From positions 62,001 to 126,000 of the forward strand of contig NW_019091360.1 of NCBI RefSeq assembly GCF_001949145.1: a DNA stretch of 64,000 bases, written 5' to 3'. Both the position numbers and the translations under genes were made by a program. Origin of the DNA: Acanthaster planci. Lineage: Eukaryota. The notes under the pieces were generated by a model. That model was not told the origin of the DNA, ran no database searches, and saw only the letters and a list, made by a program, of their open reading frames with translations. This document shows, in pieces, positions 53,401 through 64,000 of this stretch (positions are counted from its first letter, which is position 1; every line of letters begins with the position of its first letter).

Positions 53401-54528
53401 CCTTACCGTTCTTCAGTGTAAAGTCCGTTTTTTTCACAGCAAGTCTGTCGTTGCAAAGCGGCCGACAAGTTTGCGAACTGCACGCCCGTGAGCACTCAAG
53501 TGCACAACGAGTTGATGAGCTGGCCCAGCGGGGGCTATTGTTGGAGAGAAACTATGTCACGAGACACAGAGACATTTACATACTGCGTTTTTTCTGTGGA
53601 CTGGACGATGGTGGAAAACACGATCGAATTTGAGATACTTTTACTGATTGTGTTCTTTCCACAGACCAGGTGATGTTGGAATAAAATTACCAACTCGGAG
53701 AAACATTCACATATTACGTTTTTTCCACGATTTTAATACAGTAGACTCTCGTTATTATGAAATCAGCCATAACAAAATTCTGGTTGTAACAAAAACAAGT
53801 CCCGGTGAAAATGTACACGTTTCTATGGGGGAAAAAAATCTGTTACAGCGCAATTGCATTGTACAAAATTCCTGTTACAACGAATGATTTTCATGAGCCC
53901 ACTGCCTGAAAAACCATTGTTGACGACCCATTTATAATAAGCATTTACGAATCGTGGTGGTGAAAACACGTGCGCAGTGCATCACACTGGTTCCGCCTGG
54001 CCAAACTGATGCCAAAGAAGGCATGAGGGAAATGCGGCAACCAGTCCCATGTACAATTCCTGCCAAAAGGGGTCGCGAATGTTCCACTACATGTACATGA
54101 ACATGGTACACAAATGCAGCTCTACAGCCACAAGTCGAAAAAACACTGCCATCACGAATTTTTCTGCAGGTTCATTCACAAAAATTGATCTCATGTCTAT
54201 GTTTTTGTTTTCTGTATTCATGTATTTAATTTGAAGATGTACACCTCGTACTTGAAATGGGCGGTTTCCACAAAATTTCTAGCTGTAGCACGAGGCTAAT
54301 TTGTGAACCTGTATTAAAGGAATCTGTATGACGGTCCATTATTCTACCTCTACATCATGAATTTTGAGTTGTACTTCACGCGAATGCGATGTGAAGTAAA
54401 ATAACGTCATATTTACGTCATTGTGGAGGGTCAAGAGGCACAATGCATAAGTCTTTTCAGCGAATTGCAATAGGCACATGGGAAATTTGCAAATGTAGGC
54501 TGAGCAGGTGTATGTGAACACAGGAGAC
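50495..54528 (-). mobile_element. DIRS-like element (copy D), lacking RT and gag, with complete terminal structure
   Basis: The right ITR (~50540-50640) is the reverse complement of the left ITR (~54420-54510). The ICR (50721-50816) is complementary to both extreme ends. RNase H motifs VTVMTDA and VYINRQGGT, MT-like motifs DLF...DALQIDW....YIF and LIAPLWPCQLWF, YR motifs QVRAHDV and QICQVACWKSPSAFTECYL. Confidence 0.92.
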
Positions 54529-54634
54529 ATATTTTTGGGGGGCAATATTGCATGCGATTTTTAAGTGATGACTAAAGGACATTTCATGAGAAACTTTATT
54601 TCCTTTCACACGTCAATGTTCAACTGTAACTTAC

Positions 54635-54911
54635 TTGTCCAAAGAAAACAAGCTCCACACCCTTGCTTTACTAATGCCACTGGCACTGCCATAACATCTA
54701 GCATCAGTCACCTTCAAAGTGGGATAAACCCCAACAACACTGACAGTGCAAAGCTTCTGCTTGTCTTGTGATAAGGGGTGACCTGTTGGTGACATAAGCT
54801 GATAGGACAGGTGGAACGTGTAAGAAATACGCTGCAGAGGACGTATGGTGGTATGGACCATGTGACGGGACCGGGCAGGTAGAACTCCTTTGCACACATC
54901 CAGCTCAAGTG
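54635..54911 (-). CDS. CFAP65: CFAP65 exon 2 (ALELDVCKGVLPARS...VVGVYPTLKVTDARCYGSASGISKARVWSLFSLDK)
   Basis: Acceptor ttgtcag, donor AA|gtaagt. 277 nt, phase 1 in and phase 2 out. Has the VYP..L.V.D...GSA.GI....W.LFSLD motif recalled from CFAP65. Confidence 0.92.
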
Positions 54912-54999
54912 CTGACAATATCAAAGTAAGAAATAATAGACAAAGCAATCAGAAACATGTGATGTAGTTAACATATTGTGAATTTTTAAAATGTCTTAA

Positions 55000-55557
55000 C
55001 CACATGCTGCTGGGTGCTTTTCAAAGTGCAGTGCACACATACGGGCAATTTTCAAGATTTTCAGTTATCAAAATTCTTTAAAAATTTATCATTTCATTTA
55101 ATAGATATTTACACCCACACAGATGACACTTTAGTGGCTACTCTAAGCTGACAGGGATCTTCATTGACTCCTGAATATTTCAGCCAGGCCTGGCGCCCTG
55201 TAAAGAGAGCCCAGAATTGTGAGGTGTTGCATAATTTTCTTTGTTCCCGGTGAATGCGAGTGGCATCTTTTCAAATGCGGCTGGATTAGCATGCAGCGGT
55301 GCTGTGTCACTCATCAATGGGGCCATAGAACACTCTGTTTGCAGTGCTAATCCGCGGGCGTGCTATGCCCAAAACAGTGGTAAACTGTTTAAAAACAGTA
55401 ACAGATTACCTCCGAAAAATGCAAGCAAAAAAATAATGGCAATTCCCAGCAGCAGGTCTTTTGTTCCGAGTACAGTCTTTTGTTACACAAACCAGCTCTT
55501 TTGTCCCATTTTGGGCAACCCATGGTGCTTGCAATGGGGTTCCCTGGTAGTAAGTGT
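55000..55557 (-). mobile_element. piggyBac-like MITE, copy 2 of 3
   Basis: TTAA|CCACAT ... AAGTGT|TTAA. Inverted homolog of 59815-60366. Confidence 0.72.
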
Positions 55558-55899
55558 TTAACAATAGATTCTGTTTCCTGATCAGATTACAGCATGCCTA
55601 GAAAGTATAGCAACAGAACAGACTATCTATATGGGTATGTTTGAATTTCGTTGCTAAGAGAAAATTGCATAAGTGAGAATGGATCTGAAAAATGAAGGAC
55701 CGGCATATCCAAGGATTTATACTATGCAACACCACAATAACGAATTCTACTTCAAGACCACATTGCATTGGGTACTTGGAGTAATAACAATATCAAAGCA
55801 TTTATAAGGTGCACAGTATTTAACAATCTGCAATTCAAAGGTGCTGATATATTATCTTATCCCTTATCATTGGGCTCACATCATTTGAACATTCCTGAA

Positions 55900-58640
55900 A
55901 CCATCTCAGCTCCCTAGGGAGTATACTAGCCCAATGCTGCCATTGTATTATCTTTGCTTCAAAATTTTTGCTTGAGGTAACTTTTGAAGTTTGTTGAACA
56001 ACCAAAGTGTTGCCATGAAAACATGTACAAAACATATGGGAAAATTTAAATATTCCAAATTGTATAATAAAAAAGATGATGACGTCATGATGATGTAGTG
56101 ACTTGGCATACATCCTCAGGTGGTAGTCTACAGGTTTGAAGGAAATCAGCCCAAAGCAAGTATCGAAAGTCGTGTATAGAATGACTCCATATTATGTCAA
56201 TAGCAAAAATTTGAAAAAGAAAAATAACGAGAGGATCTATGTCTATTTGCAGCAGAACAAAGGGCTTTTTTGCTTTACAATGAAAATGTCATCGTCGTGA
56301 TTGCATATCTGCAAAGTTTCATCCCACTGGGACATGTACTTTTAAAGATATAGGGCTTTAAAGGATGCACCTTTCATGTCACGTGACTTATCGACTGTCA
56401 TTATCCCATGAGGTCAATTTTTGTCTATCACACACTCCCTTCAAAATATCTGCAAAGTTTCAACCCTTTAGTAATTGAACTTCCAGACATATAAAGCTTT
56501 AAATGTTGCACCTTTAATATCACGTGACATTTCGACTAATGACGTCATCATTCTATGACGTCAAGTTTCATCTATCACACATCCCCTTCCAGATATATGC
56601 AAAGTTTCAACACGCTGCCACGTGTACTTCCAGAGATATTAAGCTTTAAATGATGCACCATTAACATCATGTGACGTTTCAACTGATGACGTCAATATTT
56701 CAGGACGTCAATTTTCGTCTATCACACATCCCCATCCAGATATTGGCAAACTGTCAAACAGCTGTGACCTTAAGGAGATACAAAGCTTGAAAGGATGCAC
56801 ATTTTATGTCACGTGACTTGTCAACTGATGACGTCATCATTCCATGAAGTCAATTTTTATCTATCACACATCCCCCTCCAGATATCTGCTAAGTTTCAAC
56901 CTGCTGGGACATGTACCTTTGGAGATATACGGCTTGAAAGGATGCTTATTTCATGTCACGTGACCTGTCAACTGATCAAGTCATCATCCCATGAGGTCAA
57001 TTTGTGTGTATCACACATCCCCTTCCAGATATCTGCTAAGTTTCAACCCACTGTGACATGTACCTTTGGAAATATAGGGCTTTAAATGATGGATCTTTAA
57101 TGTCACGTGACTTGTCTGCTGATGGCATTGTCATCACGTGAGGTCAATTTCCGTTTGTAAACTTTCCCTTGCTAACTACCTGCAAGGTCTCAAACCAATC
57201 AGACATGTAAAATACAATATACAAAACAAAACATTAATGTTGTTGCAGAAAAGACACAAATTAGACATTTTATACATTTGTCCCTGTTGGCGTTCCATAC
57301 AGTGCAATCTGCTCTCAGCAGCAAGTGCTTGGCATTTTGACAGGTCCTGAGTATATGACCTACGCACTATGCATCGTCTATGTTGCAGGCAGATATTGGG
57401 CGTCTATGCACACAGTAGCCAATGCACAGTATGCAAATGGGATATTCGAGTTGGCAGTTTATATGGTAAGGGGGTTTTGTCGCTTCATGTGTGTGAAGAA
57501 GTACACCAGTTATGCACTTCATGCAGCTGACTCCAATGTTTTAGCTATCATCTTGTAGACAATTCAGGCTTATATCTCATACGGTTGATTTTTTACCGAG
57601 TTTTGAAGAATACAAGAAGTTTTTATTGTAACTTCCAGTCTGATGACGTCATCAGCCCCAAACCCGTTGACTGTGTAAAGATGATCATCTACATAAATTT
57701 TCAGACGATTCTGTCAAACTTTGCCATAGACCTCTATTCAAAATTCATTTTTCAGAATTTTTAAACTGTCGCTAGAGGGCGCTCGACAATTAGGTGACGT
57801 CATCAGTAGATGATTTGAAGAATAATATACCCCAACAGACTAACACTGTTGAAAACAACTTCATAACTATTACCAATTTTAAACAATAAGACCACTTCCG
57901 GTTTCGGCCAGAAGAAAGGGTCACGTGATTTGGCCCACAGGAGATGAATTCAAGACCACATTTTATCCTGCAACTTGCTGCAAAAAGAATGTTGCAGGAG
58001 GCCACGGTTGATTTTATATGGATTTTTATAATTCTAATGGAATATTTAATATTATAAATATTCAAAATATAATAATAAATCACTTGATGACATCATCACG
58101 ACGTAAATATTTCCATATTATCTTCCTTTTATAGTCAGTGCTTGCTGTAACTTTGACGACAATCAAAGTTACTGAAGTACCAAAATAGTGCCTCGAAAAT
58201 GTGCACAAAGTGAATGGGCTGAAATAAATATTGAAAAATCAATAATACATCACTCGATAATGTCATCATGACGTCATGCTTCGGCACACATTTATGCAAT
58301 AATGACAATGCCTATGCCAACTTTGAATTCTGTGCGACAAAGATTAATGGCAAAAAAGCTGTACAGGAAAAACTCATCAAAGTCTATGGGCTTTCGGCCC
58401 AAAAAGAACCCCCCCAAAAAATCCTGACGAACAAATAGGCTTTTTCACAAAATTGCAAAAAAGTCAAAAAGACAAAAAATCTTAAAACAAAAGCTGTTTT
58501 GGCTGGTGACCGAACCCCTCCCCCAAAAAATTGATGAAAAGAATGCCTTTTCTGCAACTTGCGAAGAAGAAAAAAACAGCACCCCCCCATCTTAAGAAAA
58601 ACAAATGCTGTTTCGGCCGGTGTTCGAAACGGCAAATAAC
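55900..58640 (-). mobile_element. Helentron/DINE-like non-autonomous repeat, same family as 26700-29470 (left boundary approximate)
   Basis: Colinear similarity to 26700-29470. Terminal hairpin gctgtttcggccggtgttcgaaacggc at ~58607-58633. Confidence 0.6.
56304..57190. repeat. Tandem array of about six ~147-bp units
   Basis: The anchor (g)atatctgc.aagtttcaa recurs at 56304, 56445, 56592, 56739, 56881 and 57028, giving spacings of 141, 147, 147, 142 and 147. Confidence 0.92.
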
Positions 58641-58786
58641 TGCGAATTATAGTAACTGCAGCAAGACCCAAAGATTACGCAGGATCATTGAAAATTAATT
58701 CATCATAAATAACAGGCCCGTTGTGTGGAAAATATGCAAATGACTTTCTATAATGTCCAATCCATACATGTGTAAAATAATCTTAC

Positions 58787-58952
58787 CCAATGCATCTTGC
58801 TGACAAGCTTCCTGTGCACAACTTCCCTGTAATTCTTGATCTACGAATAGCTGGTAGTGAAGATTACATTTACTGTTGTTGAGGATGACCAGATCACGAT
58901 TGACTGTCTTGCCAATGACAACATCTGACAGATCAATAGTTGATTCTTCTGC
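58787..58952 (-). CDS. CFAP65: CFAP65 internal exon 1 of 10 in window (AEESTIDLSDVVIGKTVNRDLVILNNSKCNLHYQL...QQDAL)
   Basis: Acceptor ttatgcag, donor G|gtaaga. 166 nt, ends phase 1 and joins the next exon as G+CA. The peptide resembles the CFAP65 segment that precedes the ALxLD exon. Confidence 0.88.
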
Positions 58953-59814
58953 CTGCATAATAAAAGAAGGTCAGAGACTTAAAGTATACATGCTCTGAAT
59001 TCTTCTCACTTTTTGTGTATCTTCATTATAGTCTTTTTCAATTTACGAAAACTGTTTGAAATCCTTTTGGGATGAAGTGTATGGACAACACAGTTGTTGC
59101 AAGCTTTCCCAGACAAGTGGGGGTACTGTTGTTGTGATGTAAATCAGGGAAGAAACTGTTCAGTTCACATATTTTCACATTCAAATTTGGACTCTGAATT
59201 TGGTCTTTTAAGAAACATCTGAGAAAGGTTGCTTGCTGCCGTATAATTAAATGATTAAAAAGTGGCAAAGAAACCAACATTTTTTGTGCACAAATAAATC
59301 AACACTGAAGTTTTGTGCCCAGATAACATCAACGTTTTGCTCATGAATATGGAAATTAAACAAAGGCAACAAAATCCGGTTCATAAGTGTGACGTCACTT
59401 CAGTTTAAACCATGCCCACTGCACTTGCCCTGCGCATAGAGTTACATGCATCGACCGCTGTTTACATGGAACCATGGCACAGGAAATTAATGCACAATTT
59501 CAGCGATCTTCTAATGAGAACCTGCAAATCTTGGTGTGTCCACATGTATGATGAAGTCACTTACGAGCCAGATACAGACTGAAATAGCAAAAACTGAAAT
59601 GAGGTTAAATGAAACACAAAAATGCTCTGTAGTGAATTAACTGCATTGCATGGTCACTTTAAATGCTTTGGACTATGAGTTCAGTTTTGTGTCGGTAAGT
59701 AGGAGGATGATGAAATCAGCAAAGTCAATCTTCAGGTTAGTTGGTTTGTTGGCAGGTTTATTATCCACAAATCATAGCAAGAAGGCCCAATCGCATGTGA
59801 ATTTACAGTGTCAA

Positions 59815-60366
59815 CCACTTCCTGCTGGGTGCCCAGTTTCGGGCACCGTGCGTTTATATGCAGAGCCGGGGTGCCCGGTTTCAGACAAAAGAGCTGGTCT
59901 GTATAACAAAAGACCTGCTGCTGGGAACTGCTGTAATTTTTTGACTTTCATTTTTTGAAGGTAATCCAGCACTGTTTTGCAACAGTATACCACTGTTTTG
60001 GGCATAGCCCGCCTGCGGATTAGCACTGCAGACAAAAGTGCTCCAGGGCACCATTGATGAACGACACAGTGCCACCTCTCGCTAATCCAGCTGCATATAA
60101 AAAGACACTACTGGCATTCACCGGAACAAAGGAAATTACCGAACACCCCACAATTCTGGGCCCTCTATTACAGGGCTGAAGGCTTGGCTGAAATACTCGG
60201 GCATCAATGAAGGTTGCCTGTCAGATTACAGTAGCCACCAGACAGTCGTTCATGTGGGTGTAAATGTCCAGTGAATGAACATATGAATTTTTGATGAATT
60301 TTGAAAATGGAAAATCTTGAAATGGTCCCTGCATCTTGTCTCGCTCAAGAAAAATCCAGGAGGTGG
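59815..60366 (+). mobile_element. piggyBac-like MITE, copy 3 of 3
   Basis: TCAA|CCACTTCCTGCTGG ... CCAGGAGGTGG|TTAA. Confidence 0.72.
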
Positions 60367-60368
60367 TT

Positions 60369-62065
60369 AATTAGCTGTTTCGGCAAGTCAGCCGAAACAG
60401 CTATTGCTTTTTTGATTATTATTTTTTTAAAGCTCTTTTTCAGACCAATTCTTTTGACCAGTCGACTTTGGCAGTTTACTAAATCTGATCGACTTCAAAC
60501 TTGGCAGACCTTTGGACAATTATCCATGGATGGTCCGGGAAGAAATTTGTCACATGATTTCTTTTTGAATTTCGAATATTTAATTTTTTTCCCATAGGGT
60601 TTGTATACGCTTTTTTCCATCAATCGACTTTGGCAGTTAACTAAATCTCACAGGCTCCAGACTTAGTGGGTACTCAGACATTCATTCAAGGATGATAATA
60701 GAACAAATTTGTCCCGATGACGTCATCTCATGATTTATTTTTGAATTTTCAATATTTGATATTTCGCCATAGGGTTTGTACACGTTTTTCAACAGCCAGA
60801 CTTCCACACTGTTCTCGACCTGTCTCAATGAATGTTAGGTCAAGATTCTTAGCATAACAGTTTGAGAGGGTTTAGGAGAAAATTAGGAGAAAAATATCAT
60901 CATTTTATTTTTTATTGAATTTTGAATATTTAGTTTTCTCCATAGGTTTTGTCCAAGTTTTTCTAAAGTCAAAGATTGGTGCATTCATACATCTGAGTGT
61001 CTTTATGTTTGGAGCATACGTAGTCCAAAAACCTTTGGTGCTGTCAAAATGAAATTGTCACGGTGGCGTCATCAGGGGTCATGTGACATGAGATTAAAGT
61101 TGCAGTTTTCTCCATCGGTTTTGTACACATTTTTCTACTACGCAATATTATCGATCTTAATGAGAGTTGTCCTGAACTTTGGCTGAGGATTACTATGAAA
61201 ACGAAAGAAAAATTGTATTTTTTGTTGTCTTTGTTTGATTACAAATATACCCAAGAGTCCAAATATCAAATAATATTTCATAATTTTCTTTCAGTTTAAA
61301 CACAAATCATGTGACATCTTAAAGCTTCTTTGAATTGGTTTTCCAGCCCATTGACTTTGTTAACATTTTCAAGCCACTATTTTGAAACCTTCGCTATGTT
61401 TGATAGCTATAAAAGTGATAGCCAACAAAGACCTTGATACAAGAACTATACTAAATAAATGATATCAAGATGACATCATCACTCTAGTCAATCTGACTTA
61501 TTTCCTTCAATGTACACTTGAAATCCATCATTTACCCTAACCCCCAAGATTGTATGTAAAATCGTATTGAAATTGGAGGATTTGGGACTGTTAGGGTTAA
61601 GAGAGGTTCTCAGGGAAAATCATCAAAATGACATCATCAGGGGTCACGTGACATGAGATTAAAGCTGCATTTTTTTCCCATAGGTTTTGTACACATTTTA
61701 CTATTCAAAGCTCATGAGTGAGTAGTCGCTAACTTCAGCTCAAGATAACTTTGAGGTGTCTGATCATCATCAAGGTTGCAACCAACCAAGACCTCGATAA
61801 AAAGTTTTGGCTTAATTTATGACGTTATGATGAAATCATCAACTACTTGTTTTTTGAATAATTCATTTTCAAATATAGATTTTGTAAATTTTTCAAAAGC
61901 CAGTGTTCAGCACTCTTGTCAATCTGATTGAATTGTGTAACGTTCATTAAATGTTAATGTTTACTATTCGTTCAGATATTTTCATATTTTAGATGTTTTT
62001 TGACATACTTTCTTGAAAATGCCGAACAGCCTGCAGTTGTTTTAACAACTGTCAAACCTCTAGTT
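60369..62065 (+). mobile_element. Helentron/HINE-like non-autonomous element
   Basis: 5' hairpin tagctgtttcggc-aagtca-gccgaaacagcta. At the 3' end a subterminal copy gccgaacagc is followed by the hairpin cagttgtt-tt-aacaactg and ...CTAGTT. No TSD; T-rich junctions; degenerate internal repeats. Confidence 0.68.
61535..61596. mobile_element. Ultra-short (62 bp) piggyBac-type MITE inside the Helentron-like element
   Basis: TTTA|CCCTAACCCCC...GGAGGATTTGGGACTGTTAGGG|TTAA. Confidence 0.65.
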
Positions 62066-62076
62066 AAGTTAAAATT

Positions 62077-63472
62077 GTGATGCCACGCCCCTTTGGAGGT
62101 TGAGCAAGATTCCAGTGAGGGCACCCTCCTCCTCAGAGCGCGGCGTGGACGGCACGTACTGGCAAGTCCCTGAGCGGCTAGGGACGAGTCCGCTGGGATG
62201 GAAGTATACTGTCCCAGTTGAAGAGATGATCCTTCAGATTTGGCTGGATGGCAGTTTGCTGTTATCTGATTGACTTAGTGGTTTAGCGGGAACTCAAAGT
62301 GACATAAATAAACGGTCTAGGACGACTATTCACTCTACAGTAGAAAACATAACAATAGAGGGTGCTCCTTTAAATGAGACAACTTTACCTCAACTTCACT
62401 CGCCTGATAAGAAAAACCACCTCACGAGGGAACAGGTCGACAGTAACTAACAGAGGGTGCTTTCTCAATCGTAGCTTGTGGGTGAGGACAGAAATATATA
62501 TAGCGTACTTCCCTCCCACAATGCACAATCTGTAAGGGGGCATATGATATCCAGGGCCAAAACCAATCTAGGGATGTCGCTCCATTCAACTAATACTAAG
62601 TGGGTTCTAGCAACACACCTTTACTTCTCCCGCATTGCACACACCACGTTACGGCCCTTCCAACCTCCAAGCCCACTCGTGGCCAAGCCTTCAAGAGAGC
62701 GACACACTAAGACACCACGTTTATTGTAAAGACTGCAATGCACCAGCGCAACAACCAAACATACAGGTAGCAGGGGTTCACTCAGGCTGCAAATGAGACA
62801 TTTGCTAGGGACGCTGCCCCTGCAAGAGTTACGGCAGATAGCCCCTACTTCGACTGATCGCAGACCTAAAGGCCCCTCAGAGGGTCCTAACGTCTCCATG
62901 CAACCCACTGTGACACTTACCACCCCTAAAATACAGGGAGTAGTGCTTACCATGAACCAGTAGTCCAGGCCAGTGCTCAGAACCTAGCGGGCAAGGTTTG
63001 TCTCCCCTTTCACGCTGGGGCCGAGTGGCTTTTATAGCCTCACCACAGCCTCACGCTTGCGCAGTACCTGCCACGTTCATGGAGCAGTGACCAGCCCCGT
63101 CCATCGAATCAGTGCACGAGTGGCAGGGAACACATTTTACCCCATAATGAGTAAAATCTATTAGATTTGATGCGACCTGCTGAGAAGGCCAAAATACGGT
63201 TCAATCAAGCGTGCATGATTTCAGTGCACAGAACATGTCTCCATGCAGATGGATTTCTAGATGAATCCTAGAATGGGCCAATACGGGATAAACATTACTT
63301 GCACACCATGTGCAAATGGCCAGCTACGGCGTCTGCTGCTAAACTATGCAGATGTGAAATTAGCACTCCTAGAAGCAGTGCCAAAATCTAGCGCTAACCA
63401 ATCAGAGTATTGATTCGTGGTAGCATACAAAAAGAGCCAGGGCCAGTCCTAGGAAAGCCACTTGTTGTCACG
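62077..63472 (-). mobile_element. Possible solo LTR
   Basis: GC-richer block with ends TGTGA...TCACG. On the minus strand a TATAAAA (~63030-63036) lies upstream of AATAAA (~62720-62725). No TSD was found. Confidence 0.35.
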
Positions 63473-64000
63473 GCTCCATACATTAAATATCAATGTTCGC
63501 TTAAATTTTTCCTGTTTTGTGAGTAGTAATTGAGGATTCTCTGTGACGGTCCTGAGTTGTTAAACAAAGGAGGAAATGCCACGTGGTAGGCCAAGGCGCA
63601 CTCAGGCAGCAACACAGCCTAAGCGGGACCACAGCCGCGCTCACTAAAAACATGTGCGCCACGCTGGAGCACTTGGCATATCAGGAGGGACAGCGCCATG
63701 ATGTTCCAGGAGGAAGCCAAGGTGGGACAAGTGCCAGTGAGACATCACGTCAGGAAGCAATGGCAGCCCAGCCCCTACAGTTCAGGGTGCCGAGTCAACC
63801 ACCGGCAACAATGGCACTCCCCGCACTAGTTGGGTTACCAAGTCAGGCTGCAAATGTACATGTAGTCCTGCACATGCCAGTAGTCATAATGCATCAGACT
63901 ACAGATACAGTGCAACGTGCACCGGTGGGAACGACGAGTCGGCATGGAATTCCCAGCCAGCATGTGAATGCAGTCCAGTGCACACCAATGAGGATGCCCA

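Noticed and set aside
53738..53900. Tigger-like left end (TA|CAGTAGACTCTCGTTA) inside DIRS copy D
   Set aside because: No second TIR was found. It is probably a truncated insertion and too incomplete to list as a bounded element.
56304..57190. Regularly spaced repeats that could suggest a CRISPR array
   Set aside because: The whole 147-bp unit is repeated with no unique spacers, there are no cas genes, and the context is a eukaryotic intron.
56683..57655. Several CTGATGA matches resembling a hammerhead ribozyme core
   Set aside because: They belong to the TGATGACGTCATCA palindromes of the repeat family and lack the stem II/GAAA arrangement.

Overview
Animal genomic DNA, most likely a marine invertebrate; it is AT-rich and has one 91-N assembly gap. 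The whole window lies inside one minus-strand spliced gene. Ten exons (58952 down to 4230; 1722 nt, 574 codons, all GT-AG, phases consistent) give an uninterrupted protein that I recognise as the central/C-terminal part of CFAP65 (CCDC108); the gene continues beyond both window edges. The introns are packed with decayed mobile elements. These include four DIRS tyrosine-recombinase retrotransposons: one formerly complete, two related copies lacking RT that share the same replacement sequence, and one broken shell. There are also two LINE relics (one split in frame by a DIRS), a 3.9-kb internally deleted Polinton/Maverick that keeps both ~200-bp TIRs and a truncated protein-primed PolB, and a Zator-like transposase relic paired with an antisense two-exon BEN-domain pseudogene. 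Smaller elements include Helentron-like repeats with 147-bp tandem arrays and several MITE families, one only 51-62 bp long. All family assignments come from motif recognition by eye; no database search was run.
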